Source of the DNA: Candidatus Terraquivivens tengchongensis
GTDB lineage: Archaea; Thermoproteota; Nitrososphaeria_A; Caldarchaeales; Wolframiiraptoraceae
Direction of reading: 5' to 3'
NCBI GenBank assembly: GCA_023261845.1
Contig: JALNJZ010000006.1
Coordinates: 1-64,000, forward strand
Length of the DNA stretch: 64,000 nt
In this document: positions 20,848 through 31,015 of the stretch, piece after piece
Numbering within the stretch: position 1 is the stretch's first letter
Layout: each line of letters begins with the position of its first letter
Made by a program: the position numbers and the translations under genes
The notes under the pieces: generated by a model
What the model was told of the DNA's origin: nothing
What the model saw: only the letters and a program-made list of their open reading frames with translations
The model's database searches: none

Positions 20848-21432
20848 ATGAAAGCAGATTCTGACGTGCTAAAAAGGTTCATATCCGAATTGGAAAAGCT
20901 AGGAGCGACCGCCGAACTTCTTGAAACACGTACACAAGTCGTTAAACATCTTTCAGATTTCGTAAGGGAAAAAGGGGCAAAGATGGTGCTCGCATACGGT
21001 CTGGAGCGCATGCTGTCTTCTGAACTCTCAAAGGCCATAACATCGATGGGCATATCTTACTTTGATATAAACGATGTCGATAGACGGGACCTTCGTAAAC
21101 TCCTTGAAAGAGCCGATATAGGCATAACGGGTGCCGACTTAGCAGTCGCCGAGACCGGCTCGCTCATCATAACGAGCGAAAACGATGCGGCGAGGCTCTT
21201 ATCCTGCTTACCGCCGATCCACGTCGCAATACTTCCAAGGGAAAACATACTTGATAGCTTCTTGGATCTTGCCGAATGGCTTAGAAAGATGCAGGGTACA
21301 AGTAAGCGCACGGTATCCGTGATCACCGGACCGAGTAGGACAGCTGATATAGAGCTCGAGATAGTGTTGGGTGTCCATGGACCTTGTGAACTTCACGTCA
21401 TAATCTTAGGAGGTGCGTTGAGTGAAGGGTAG
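20848..21432 (+). CDS. LUD-domain lactate utilisation protein (LutC-like)
   Basis: AVAETGS, SCLPPIH, ITGPSRTADIE...GVHGP. Confidence 0.9.
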   Translation: MKADSDVLKRFISELEKLGATAELLETRTQVVKHLSDFVREKGAKMVLAYGLERMLSSELSKAITSMGISYFDINDVDRRDLRKLLERADIGITGADLAVAETGSLIITSENDAARLLSCLPPIHVAILPRENILDSFLDLAEWLRKMQGTSKRTVSVITGPSRTADIELEIVLGVHGPCELHVIILGGALSEG

Positions 21433-23551
21433 AAACTTAATCGCTGAGGTTTCAGAGGCGCTGAAGAACAAGAGTCAGATCGAGAACCTAAGGACCTCAA
21501 TGTTGTGTATGAGGGACAAAAGAGACGCTGCCATGGCAGGATACAGTGAGAAGGAATTGGCTGAGTTAAGAAACATAAGGCAGGCATCGCTAAGCTCACT
21601 CAACGAAAGTATCAAGATGCTTAAGGACAAGCTCGAAGAAAACGGTTGCGGTTTTTACTTCGCTAAAACTGCCAAAGATGCGTGCGAGTATGTTGTCAAC
21701 GTAGCAAAGACAAGGGGCGTTAAAAGAATCGTTAAGGCGAAGTCCATGACGACGGAGGAGATAGAGCTGAACAAGAGGCTCGTGGCCGAAGGTTTCGAGG
21801 TGATAGAGACAGATCTGGGCGAATGGTTGGTTCAGTTAGCTGGACAGAAGCCGTCGCATCTGACGGCACCGGCTATACACCTTTCAAGGTACGAAATATC
21901 CAAGCTCATAGAAGACAGATTGGGGGTAAGACTGCCAGCAGACCCAAAAGAGGTCACGAAATTTGTACGTGCATTCCTCAGAGAGAAGTTCCTCACAGCA
22001 GACATGGGGATAACGGGCGGGAACTTCGTGGTTGCAGAGACTGGAAGCCTGGTGCTCGTGACAAACGAAGGGAACGGTAGGCTCGTTACAGCGCTTCCAC
22101 GTATTCATGTTGCTATCGTGGGTGTCGAGAAACTTGTCAGAACTTGGGAAGATGCCTTGAAGATACTAAATGTTTTGCCGAAAAGTGCCACCGGACAGAA
22201 CATGGCCACGTACGTTACAATATTGAACTCAGGCTCTGAAACACCATCACTGGACGGTGGGTTTGTTGAACGGGAGTTCCATCTGGTTTTGTTGGACAAC
22301 GGAAGGCTTAGCGCGCTCCAAGACACGGTAATGTCCGAGGCGTTGAAATGTATAAGGTGCTCTGCATGCTTCAATGTATGCCCAACTTACAGAGTTTTAG
22401 GCGGCCACGTCTTCGGCTATATCTACAGCGGACCCACAGGCATACCCTGGACGTACATATCGCATGGTCTCGAGAATGCGGCGAGCTATGCACCACTCTG
22501 CATATCTTGTGGATTATGTCGGGAAACATGTCCGATCGGTATAGACATGCCGACTATGATCTCTGAGATAAAGCGGAGGTATGGGGAGCGTAATGGTTAT
22601 CGTTGGGTGGACAGAAGGCTTGCTGGATATGAGAGCCTTGTAAAGCTTGCAAGCAACACAGCACCCGTGTCAAATTTCTTACTTGGTACGAGTATGGCGA
22701 AGTGGATATTAGAAAAACTCATCGGCATAGATAGAAGGGTAAACCTTCCGAAGTTCTCAGGGAAGACTTTACGTGAGCTGTTGGACGGCGTGCTCGTTCC
22801 ACGTGCAGAAAGCGACAGAAAGGTTGCATACTTCGCGGACAGCATGGCCTACTACATTGACGTAGACGTAGGATTGGCTACCGTCAACGTACTCCAGAAA
22901 AATGGTTTCAACGTTGTCATGCCACCCCAGAAAGGCAGCGGCATGCCCTCATTCCTTTATGGTCTCCTAGACGATGCGAAGAAGCTGGCGGAGTACAACG
23001 TAAAGCAAATGTACGAGTACGTGTCTAAAGGTTACGACATAGTTTCTGCGGAGCCGACGGCCATCTACTGCCTCAGATTTGTCTATCCTAAGTTACTCGG
23101 AACAACAAAAGAGGTCCAAGAGGTGGCGGAGAGGAGTTATGAGTTATTTGGCTACCTTTTAAGGATGCTGGAGAGCGGCATGCTCGACCTAAGCTTTAAG
23201 CGATATAACGGTGTCAAGGCCGTTTACCATCTTCCGTGCCATTCCAGGCACTTGAGCAAGGATAGGCCTGTCTTGAAATTTTTGGAAATGCTCGGCATAG
23301 ATGCTGAGTTCATCGATTACGGTTGCTGCGGCATGGGCGGTACGTGGGGTATGGAGAAAGGTTACGAAGGGTATGAGATAAGTAAAGCAATCGCTGAGCC
23401 GCTTGTCATGGCAATATCTAAATCGGGCGCAGATTTTGTCGTTACAGAGTGCAGCCTCTGCAAGATGCAGATAGAGCGTTTTACCGGCAAAAAAGTCGTT
23501 CATCCGATACTTTTGTTAGACAAGGCATATAAGGGCCTACCCATGCCCTAA
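21422..23551 (+). CDS. LutB-like Fe-S protein fused to CCG (LutA/GlpC-like) domains
   Basis: KSMTTEE, ETDLGE, PSHLTAPAIH, CIRCSACFNVCP, CISCGLCRETCP, then YHLPCH and CCGMGG. Confidence 0.88.
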   Translation: MKGRNLIAEVSEALKNKSQIENLRTSMLCMRDKRDAAMAGYSEKELAELRNIRQASLSSLNESIKMLKDKLEENGCGFYFAKTAKDACEYVVNVAKTRGVKRIVKAKSMTTEEIELNKRLVAEGFEVIETDLGEWLVQLAGQKPSHLTAPAIHLSRYEISKLIEDRLGVRLPADPKEVTKFVRAFLREKFLTADMGITGGNFVVAETGSLVLVTNEGNGRLVTALPRIHVAIVGVEKLVRTWEDALKILNVLPKSATGQNMATYVTILNSGSETPSLDGGFVEREFHLVLLDNGRLSALQDTVMSEALKCIRCSACFNVCPTYRVLGGHVFGYIYSGPTGIPWTYISHGLENAASYAPLCISCGLCRETCPIGIDMPTMISEIKRRYGERNGYRWVDRRLAGYESLVKLASNTAPVSNFLLGTSMAKWILEKLIGIDRRVNLPKFSGKTLRELLDGVLVPRAESDRKVAYFADSMAYYIDVDVGLATVNVLQKNGFNVVMPPQKGSGMPSFLYGLLDDAKKLAEYNVKQMYEYVSKGYDIVSAEPTAIYCLRFVYPKLLGTTKEVQEVAERSYELFGYLLRMLESGMLDLSFKRYNGVKAVYHLPCHSRHLSKDRPVLKFLEMLGIDAEFIDYGCCGMGGTWGMEKGYEGYEISKAIAEPLVMAISKSGADFVVTECSLCKMQIERFTGKKVVHPILLLDKAYKGLPMP

Positions 23552-23569
23552 AAATCACCTGTAAAAAGG

Positions 23570-24133
23570 TTGAGGGTAGGATTGAAATACGGTAGCGGTG
23601 ACGATGGAACTACCGGGCTTTTAGGAGGAGTAAGGGTTCCAAAGGACGATCCAAGGGTTGAAGTTTTGGGAGCGCTCGACGAGTTGAACGCTATCATAGG
23701 TCTTGCCAGAACTTTAACCGGATACCAAGACGTGAAGGATGTTCTATTGAGCATACAAAGGTCACTGTATGTTGTGGGCGTTGAGGTAGCTTCTATCGGA
23801 ACGCCAGCATATAAAAAGACAGTTAGCGACGATATGTTAAAGGAGCTTGAGAACTTAATCAAGCGTTACGAGTCAGAGGTGCATGAGGTAACGGGGTTCA
23901 TAATACCTTATGGAGCTATGAGTAGTTTAGTACTGCATATGGCGAGGGGTGTTGCCCGAAGGCTCGAAAGGAGAGCCGTATCGTTAAAAACTAGTTTCAA
24001 CGTAAGTAAAACGCTTCTTGCATACTTGAATAGGCTTTCTACGTTCCTCTTCATCATGGCAAGGGTAATAAATGCCAGAGGGTATGTCGAGGAAGAAGTT
24101 TTGAAAATTAAAGACGTAGCTGATAAATTCTAA
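23570..24133 (+). CDS. PduO-type cob(I)alamin adenosyltransferase
   Basis: GDDGTTGL...RVPKDD, DELNA, ARRLER, YLNRLS. Confidence 0.9.
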   Translation: MRVGLKYGSGDDGTTGLLGGVRVPKDDPRVEVLGALDELNAIIGLARTLTGYQDVKDVLLSIQRSLYVVGVEVASIGTPAYKKTVSDDMLKELENLIKRYESEVHEVTGFIIPYGAMSSLVLHMARGVARRLERRAVSLKTSFNVSKTLLAYLNRLSTFLFIMARVINARGYVEEEVLKIKDVADKF

Positions 24134-24867
24134 CGACGTTCAGATTGCGCGTATTTATTCGCTTCCTTTTCTAACATATCTACTAACAGTAGCGATGCCA
24201 TTCCAAGCTCACGGGCTGGAAGGAACCTGTCAGAATTTGCGCTGAATGAAATGTTAGCCACCGCTGGTATGTACTCTTGTTTCTCAGCAGCCCAAAGTTG
24301 GCAAAGAATTCGAACCCTTGGAAGCATCACGAAAGAAAAACTCACACCTCCCAATTTTTCTCGTTTTCCACCAAGCATCTTGCAAGCATATTCGTATGCA
24401 TCCACCATGTTACCGAACTTCTTAGCTAATCGCTTTAGAACGAAGTCTTCAAACTCTCTGATGTATGGAACTGCGCCAGCGATATCCTTGTAGTTTACCC
24501 ATGTTGTTCCTAGCGGCGTACCATCACCAGTTACAAGGTATTTGAGGATTATATACTGGACGATTGTAGGTGCAAGTTTGTCGGTCAACAAGTCAACGAC
24601 ACGTTCTTCTGAAACCTCGAGCGAGTAGGTCCTGTTAAGGAAAGTTATTATGAACCTGCCCTTCATGTTCAACTCACGGGGAGGTATGTATGCGACGGAA
24701 CATTTTTTGGCGACTTCATCAAGGTTTCTTTGTGAGAGTTCAGCGAACGCCTTCTTGGTTTCAACAATTAATATATCGTCGGGCATCTTAATCGTACGGT
24801 AGCTCGACATCCCAGGCCGCAATTCAAAATTGACCAATGTTTCTATATGAATTTTGCTATCCGACAA
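24130..24867 (-). CDS. DUF3786-like protein
   Basis: ILKYL...WVNYKDI.G and LPRVRI...LW pattern recalled for DUF3786. Confidence 0.6.
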   Translation of the reverse strand: MSDSKIHIETLVNFELRPGMSSYRTIKMPDDILIVETKKAFAELSQRNLDEVAKKCSVAYIPPRELNMKGRFIITFLNRTYSLEVSEERVVDLLTDKLAPTIVQYIILKYLVTGDGTPLGTTWVNYKDIAGAVPYIREFEDFVLKRLAKKFGNMVDAYEYACKMLGGKREKLGGVSFSFVMLPRVRILCQLWAAEKQEYIPAVANISFSANSDRFLPARELGMASLLLVDMLEKEANKYAQSERR

Positions 24868-24920
24868 GTTTAAGAAAAGTTTTAAGGCATGAGTCGATAA
24901 GCATATCTTGGTGCTGATAG

Positions 24921-25751
24921 TTGACGCATAGGACCAAACATAAGCAAACCACTTTCGAGATAATATGTGTCGGAAATGAGTTGCTGATAGGCAAAGTTGT
25001 TAACACGAATGCAAACTGGTTGGCTAAAAAGATTACAGAGATCGGTGGATTTGTCAGGAGGATTATGGATGTTAGAGATGATTTGTCTGAGATCTCCTCG
25101 GCCGTGAGGGAGGCGCTGAAAAGGGGTACGGAGTGGATAATAACGAGTGGCGGTCTTGGACCTACCTTTGATGATATGACGCTGAACGGTGTTGCTAAGG
25201 CTATAAAGAGGCCGCTAAAGTTGAACAAGCAGGCCTACCAAATGCTCTTGGAAAAATACAAGGAGATGTTCGAGCGCGGCATCCTCAAGAGCCTCGACAT
25301 TACACCGGAGCGGAGGAAGATGGCCGAGCTCCCTGCAGGCGCCATTCCCTTACGGAACCGTGTAGGTACTGCACCAGGTGTGCTCATAAAATTCGGCCGC
25401 CAAAGGATAGCTTGCCTACCTGGTGTTCCGGCAGAGCTGATGGACATTTTCGAAAATGAACTGTTACCGATAATTCAAAAATCGATAAAGCGCGTATACA
25501 CAACCGAGAGAGTGTTGATCGCAAAGGATGTCATAGAGTCTGCGTTGGCTCCGGTGATAAAAGAGGCGATGTCAAAGCACCCTGAGGTTTATATAAAATC
25601 GCATCCAAAAGGTAGAGAATCTGGTGTATCTATAATAGAGCTGCATATAACGGCGACCGCTAAATCGTCCGAGAGAATCGAGAAGGAAATGGAGCAGGTT
25701 GTGCAAGAGCTAAAGGAAAAAATAGTAGCATTAGGTGGAACTGCCGAATAA
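24921..25751 (+). CDS. CinA-like molybdopterin-binding domain protein
   Basis: VGNELLIG.VVNTN, SGGLGPTFDD, LPGVPAE, YIKSHP. Confidence 0.9.
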   Translation: MTHRTKHKQTTFEIICVGNELLIGKVVNTNANWLAKKITEIGGFVRRIMDVRDDLSEISSAVREALKRGTEWIITSGGLGPTFDDMTLNGVAKAIKRPLKLNKQAYQMLLEKYKEMFERGILKSLDITPERRKMAELPAGAIPLRNRVGTAPGVLIKFGRQRIACLPGVPAELMDIFENELLPIIQKSIKRVYTTERVLIAKDVIESALAPVIKEAMSKHPEVYIKSHPKGRESGVSIIELHITATAKSSERIEKEMEQVVQELKEKIVALGGTAE

Positions 25752-26848
25752 TGAAGCTAGATGAGCTTAGCCTATATGAAAAACCCGAGTTGAGGGAATT
25801 CCTAGCCCAGCTGAGGACGGAACCGGATGGCTTCTTGGAAGGCATGGAGTCTGCTGAGGCCATTTCGCTCAAATTACGTCATGATGTAAGCTCCGTGGTT
25901 TTCTTAGGGGTTGGCGGCTCCGGGATAGTCGGCGACCTCTTATCGGATATCACAGCAAAGCGCAGGAACCTGCCGATCATCTGCCATAAGGACTACTCCT
26001 TTCCTCCATATCTAACGAAGGACGCGCTGGTCGTTGTCGTCAGTTACTCAGGCAATACCGCCGAGACATTGTCCGCTATGGTTAAGGCTTACGATGCTGG
26101 CTTGTCAATGTTCGCTATTACATCAGGCGGCTTAATGGGAAGAGTTTGCAAGAAGTCAGGAATACCGGTCGTCGAGATTAAAGCCGGTCTGTTGCCACGA
26201 ATGGCCGTCCCTCACATGCTCGGTGCTGCCATTTCTGTCTTGACGGGTGTTGGCATCATAAAGATGTCTACCGACGAATTAAGGAATGCTGTTGAAAGGG
26301 CGAAGCGTGCGCAAGCGTCAGTGGAGGTTCATGTAGGACTGGAGTCAAACGTAGCAAAGCAGGTTGCGAGTCGCATATACGATAAAACAGCATTCATATA
26401 CTCTCATGGACCCCTGTCTTCGGTTGGTTACCGTTTAAAGTGCCAGTTAAACGAGAATGCTAAGATGCTGGCGGTGAGTCAATGTTTACCGGAGATCTTA
26501 CATAATGATATAGAAGGGTGGAGTCCAGAGGTGGCTAGATGCTTGGCGGCCGTTATGCTAAGGTGTAAAGACGAGTATCCAGCCGTCAAGGAGGCGCTGG
26601 ATAAGATGGAAGCTGACCTAAGGGAGCGATTCGGTATCACGGTATCGAGGATAGAAAGCGACGAAGGGGATGAGGTTACCAAAATCTTCTCTACTATGGT
26701 TATATGCGACTACATGAGCTTCTACGCGGCAATCATGAGGGGGGTTGACCCCGTGAGGGTTGATAGGATAAAATCTATGAGGGAAGGTATCGTGAGCAAC
26801 ACGAAGTTACTCGAGCAAGTTGTAAGTAGGTTTGGGGTTAAACATTGA
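25751..26848 (+). CDS. Bifunctional phosphoglucose/phosphomannose isomerase
   Basis: GVGGSG, SYSGNTAET, PRMA, QLNENAK, PEILHN, GVDP. Confidence 0.9.
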   Translation: MKLDELSLYEKPELREFLAQLRTEPDGFLEGMESAEAISLKLRHDVSSVVFLGVGGSGIVGDLLSDITAKRRNLPIICHKDYSFPPYLTKDALVVVVSYSGNTAETLSAMVKAYDAGLSMFAITSGGLMGRVCKKSGIPVVEIKAGLLPRMAVPHMLGAAISVLTGVGIIKMSTDELRNAVERAKRAQASVEVHVGLESNVAKQVASRIYDKTAFIYSHGPLSSVGYRLKCQLNENAKMLAVSQCLPEILHNDIEGWSPEVARCLAAVMLRCKDEYPAVKEALDKMEADLRERFGITVSRIESDEGDEVTKIFSTMVICDYMSFYAAIMRGVDPVRVDRIKSMREGIVSNTKLLEQVVSRFGVKH

Positions 26849-27366
26849 TGACCGGTTCAATCACAATTAAGCGTAGAACGATTCTAGTCGCTATTACTAC
26901 AATAGCGCTGATGATCATTCTCCTACTTGGATCTTTTGCGACCTTAACTCGGGAGGAGAGTGAGGAGGTTATTCAACAGGTTAACGAGTTGCTTCGCGAT
27001 ATAGACGTCTGGAAGATCTTCTTTAACAATTTTCAGATAGCTTTGCTGATGTTTATTCCAGCAGTCGGCACTTTCATTGGCGGGTACATCATCTACTCAA
27101 CAGGGATAGTCTTCGCGGCCTACTCGCTTCAGTCAAGCATACCCTCCATATACCTCGTGGGGTTTGCCATATTGTCGCCTTACGGCATCTTAGAATTCTT
27201 AGGATACGGGCTGGCTACGTCCGAGGGGTTGCTAATAATCTACGCCGCTTTTAAGAAAAGGCTCAGGTCAGAGGTTAAAGCGCTTCCGTTAATAATTTTG
27301 GCAGTAGCTGGTTTATTGCTTACAGCAGCGGCTTTAGAGATGCTAATGGTAGAGTTATACGTTTAA
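26845..27366 (+). CDS. SpoIIM-family membrane protein
   Basis: IFFNNF, PYGILE, AAALE; hydrophobic. Confidence 0.75.
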   Translation: MMTGSITIKRRTILVAITTIALMIILLLGSFATLTREESEEVIQQVNELLRDIDVWKIFFNNFQIALLMFIPAVGTFIGGYIIYSTGIVFAAYSLQSSIPSIYLVGFAILSPYGILEFLGYGLATSEGLLIIYAAFKKRLRSEVKALPLIILAVAGLLLTAAALEMLMVELYV

Positions 27367-28082
27367 ACACCAAACAACCTGTGGAATATTATGCCCAATA
27401 TGTCACCATAGAATACAGAGACTACGAAGCCGCCGGTTATAAAGACCAGTAAAGGTACGCCCGGTGTGAGCCATGCTCTATCCCTATCAACTTGCGGCTC
27501 AATGTCAACAAAAATGTTGAACGTAAATCTGCGCTTACCATCAAAAACACCCTCCATCGGCATCCAGAACTTTTTAGCCTTCGCATCGTCGCATAACGTT
27601 CCAATGAAGCACACCAAAGCTTTCCTCGAGATAGGTTCATACTCTAGCCCCTCGAATATCTTGTCGCCCTTGAGTATGCGTATAAGGTTATAGACTGCAA
27701 AGCTTATCGGTAAAGCAGCGGATATCAGCAAACCGTTCATGAGGGAATAGATTGCCGTAAAGGGATGTATGGCAGCTGTCGGCCAGTATATGGGCATTAT
27801 CACTGAGATCACGGTCAAAGCTTTTGCATCAGCTCCGCCATAAAGCCTAGCATAATATAGACCGAAGGATATGGCGGCGCTTACACCTATTGAAATTAGA
27901 CATAAAAAAGTGTAGCTAGGTAGTCCTGTAGTCACGAGGTCGTACGCCGTTATGAGTGCGCCGATAGAACCAAAAACCACCCATAGTTTGTCGCTAACCT
28001 CCCTGAACCTCAAATCGCTATAGGACGCATAGCACATCATCACCAGTATCAGGACTATTCTAAGGGTATCTAGCGTTAGCAT
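27363..28082 (-). CDS. Prepilin/preflagellin peptidase (A24, FlaK/PibD-like)
   Basis: SYSDL..REV, GGADAKAL, WLTPGVPLL. Confidence 0.88.
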   Translation of the reverse strand: MLTLDTLRIVLILVMMCYASYSDLRFREVSDKLWVVFGSIGALITAYDLVTTGLPSYTFLCLISIGVSAAISFGLYYARLYGGADAKALTVISVIMPIYWPTAAIHPFTAIYSLMNGLLISAALPISFAVYNLIRILKGDKIFEGLEYEPISRKALVCFIGTLCDDAKAKKFWMPMEGVFDGKRRFTFNIFVDIEPQVDRDRAWLTPGVPLLVFITGGFVVSVFYGDILGIIFHRLFGV

Positions 28083-28095
28083 GATCTTACCTTGG

Positions 28096-29346
28096 TTAAG
28101 GCCAGCTACCTAAAGACTTTACCGCTTCCGCAACCCTTTTCACCGCGACGACCATAGCCGTCAGCCGTGTATTCGTTTTATACTCTTTGGCGAACTTCAT
28201 AACCTCGTCAAACGCTTTCACCATTTTCCTCTCTAAGTTCGCCCTAACCTCTTCTATGGACCACTTGGTACGTGTAAGGTTTTGAACCCACTCGAAGTAG
28301 CTGACAGTCACACCGCCAGCGCTGGCTAGGATGTCCGGTACGATGAGTATTCCTTTTTCGAACAATATCCTATCGGCCTCGGGAGTTGTCGGTCCGTTGG
28401 CCGCTTCTATTACGGCTGATGCCTTAATCCTGTCTGCATTCTTTGACGTTATCACGTTCTCGATGGCGGCAGGTATTAGGAAGTCGCACTCTAATTCTAG
28501 AAGCTCCTCGTTCGTTATGTTCTTGGCCTTTTCGTAGTTTATAACGGAGCCTGTCATCTTTTTATGGTTTAAAACTTTTTCGACGTCGAGTTGTTCGTTA
28601 GAACATATGCCACCCTTTGAGTCACTTACGGCTATGATCCTACAACCCATCTCTTGGAGCAGCTTAGCCGATATGTAGCCTACATTACCGAACCCCTGCA
28701 CGACTACCCTAGCACCCTTCAGCGGTTTCCCCAAATACTTGCTGACCTCCCTTGTGAGAATGGCTACGCCCATCCCTGTTGCCTCATTTCTACCCTCACT
28801 TCCACCTAAAGTGATGGGCTTACCAGTTACAACGGCAGGTGCTGGTTCGTTTTTTATCTTGCTATAAGTGTCCATTATCCAGGCCATAGTCTGTGCGTCC
28901 GTGTAGACGTCAGGGGCAGGTATGTCCAAATAGGGACCTATGACGTTTGCAATCGCCATCGTATATTTTCTAGTGAACCTTTCGAGCTCCGCCTGGCTCA
29001 TGTTTTTCGGATCGCACTTTACCCCTCCTTTTGCACCACCGAATGGTATGTCAACCACTGCACACTTCCAAGTCATCAGCATGGCCAGTGCCGTGACTTC
29101 CTCCAAAGTTACGTCTGGATGATACCTTATACCGCCTTTGTACGGCCCCCTCGCTGAATTGTGTTGAACCCTGTATCCTGTAAAAACCTTGAGCTCGCCG
29201 TTGTCCATTCTACAAGGCAAGGATACTATGATGCTACGCTCAGGCTTCTTCAAAACATCGCACAAGTCTTGGCTTAGGCCTATGGTCTGCGCCGCTTCAT
29301 CAAACTGTTTCATTACGTAAGATAGAAAAGATATGTTTGACGTCAT
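28096..29346 (-). CDS. gdhA: Glutamate dehydrogenase
   Basis: RGPYKGGIRY, WKCA, GGAKGG, PAPDV, GFGNVG, SYFEW. Probable start MTSN at 29346. Confidence 0.93.
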   Translation of the reverse strand: MTSNISFLSYVMKQFDEAAQTIGLSQDLCDVLKKPERSIIVSLPCRMDNGELKVFTGYRVQHNSARGPYKGGIRYHPDVTLEEVTALAMLMTWKCAVVDIPFGGAKGGVKCDPKNMSQAELERFTRKYTMAIANVIGPYLDIPAPDVYTDAQTMAWIMDTYSKIKNEPAPAVVTGKPITLGGSEGRNEATGMGVAILTREVSKYLGKPLKGARVVVQGFGNVGYISAKLLQEMGCRIIAVSDSKGGICSNEQLDVEKVLNHKKMTGSVINYEKAKNITNEELLELECDFLIPAAIENVITSKNADRIKASAVIEAANGPTTPEADRILFEKGILIVPDILASAGGVTVSYFEWVQNLTRTKWSIEEVRANLERKMVKAFDEVMKFAKEYKTNTRLTAMVVAVKRVAEAVKSLGSWP

Positions 29347-29390
29347 GTTTAATAGAAATTCAGCAAAACATAAATAGTTATCGTAAGAAT

Positions 29391-30638
29391 TTACAAATCC
29401 TCGATCCTCCACATATATTCCTCCAGATCTTCACGAGCGTATGCCTCCGTGGCTACGTCTATGGCACCCTCTCTCAACAGCATTGCCTTTTTGACTCTTC
29501 TCTTTGCTACCTCTTCGGCAACACTCCTAGGCGGGTGGTTTGAATGTACTGACTCTATCAAGACCCTCTTTACATTGGTAGTTATCTTATACTTGATCAG
29601 CTCAAATGCCTGTATCTCGGTTCCGCCTATATATTCAACATAAGAACCGATGACACCGCCTGCGTTCACAAGAAAGTCAGGCATTATCCATACACCGTTT
29701 TCCCACAATATTCTTTCTGCTTCTTTCGTCGTCGGTATGTTTGCAGCCTCAACGACCATCTTCACTTTAGACGAGATAAGACTGTATGCTGCTTGCTCAT
29801 TTATCGTGTAAGAGGCCGCGGCAGGTATGAATATATCAACTTCTTTCTCAAATATTTTGTCCCTAGGTTCTTTTAAACCGGTCTTCAAATCATTGAGCAT
29901 AGGAGCTTTCATTTTTGTTCTTAAGAGCTTTAGCTCTTCCATTATCTTCGGTATATCCAAACCGTTTGGGTCGCATATACAGGCTGAGGCGTCGTTTATA
30001 GCAACAACTTTGTATCCCATCTCGTCGAGGAACTTTGCCGTAAATGAACCCACGTTACCGAATCCCTGTATGGCAACCCTAGCCTCCTTCGGTTCTATAT
30101 TCAATATGTTTAACTTATCCAGAATCTTGACTGACAAGTCTGTTGCGATTGCTACACCGTAGCCCGTGGTACCGAGTTCATGCGGTATGCCTCCTAACTC
30201 CGTAGGCTTACCGGTGCATGCTTTCATGTCACCTATCTCATGTGCAAATATAGCCATATCCATCTCCGTCGTTCCCATATCCGTAGCAGCTATGTATTGC
30301 AGCGGAACGTATGGTTTAATGGCCTTTGCAAACGCTCTAACCCAAGCTACTCTATCAACTTCTAGAGGATTGCCCCTAATGCCTCCTTTTGCTCCACCAA
30401 ACGGTAGCCCAGCTATAGCACATTTCCAAGTCATAACCCTTGCGAGTAGAAAAACCTCTTGGGGCGTTACAGTCGGCTGGAACCTTATTCCACCTTTTCC
30501 TGGACCCATGGCCGTGTTGTCGATTACCAAGACGCCCTGCATCTTCGTATGCGGGTCGTAAACCTGTATGACTTTCTCTGGCCCCCACTCGTCAGCTAGA
30601 CTCCACACATCATCCTTTTTAAAATTCTGACCTGACAT
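29391..30638 (-). CDS. Second Glu/Leu/Phe/Val dehydrogenase
   Basis: GPGKGGIRF, WKCA, GGAKGG, GFGNVG, PDFLVNAGGV. Confidence 0.9.
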   Translation of the reverse strand: MSGQNFKKDDVWSLADEWGPEKVIQVYDPHTKMQGVLVIDNTAMGPGKGGIRFQPTVTPQEVFLLARVMTWKCAIAGLPFGGAKGGIRGNPLEVDRVAWVRAFAKAIKPYVPLQYIAATDMGTTEMDMAIFAHEIGDMKACTGKPTELGGIPHELGTTGYGVAIATDLSVKILDKLNILNIEPKEARVAIQGFGNVGSFTAKFLDEMGYKVVAINDASACICDPNGLDIPKIMEELKLLRTKMKAPMLNDLKTGLKEPRDKIFEKEVDIFIPAAASYTINEQAAYSLISSKVKMVVEAANIPTTKEAERILWENGVWIMPDFLVNAGGVIGSYVEYIGGTEIQAFELIKYKITTNVKRVLIESVHSNHPPRSVAEEVAKRRVKKAMLLREGAIDVATEAYAREDLEEYMWRIEDL

Positions 30639-31015
30639 ATCATCCTCACCTCTTACAACCTCAGGAAGTCATCTCAGAGTTTTTCATGTTCTGCATCCCA
30701 ACTACCTTGCTAAGAGATTGATCTAGTATTTTTAACAAAGTATAAGAGGCATACAAACCATGAGTCCCTTTTATTATCATCCCTTGCGCATTTATCAACA
30801 TTTTTTCCATATAACGCTATTGTTGCACATATATCTAATTGAAGTGAACTTTTCGTAACTTATTTGATGTTGCAACACGCGATAAGTTGTATAAATAGCG
30901 TAAACCTTCTTTACGCTATATCAATATGAACGTTTTGCGGACATTTTACAAATTTTTAATGTTATGATGATCTTAGCGAAATTTTATATATGAACGTCTG
31001 AGTTTGGTTAAAAAG

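Noticed and set aside
30964-31001. ATGATGA...CTGA as a second box C/D sRNA
   Set aside because: Too short, lacks internal D'/C' boxes and overlaps the chaperonin TATA box.
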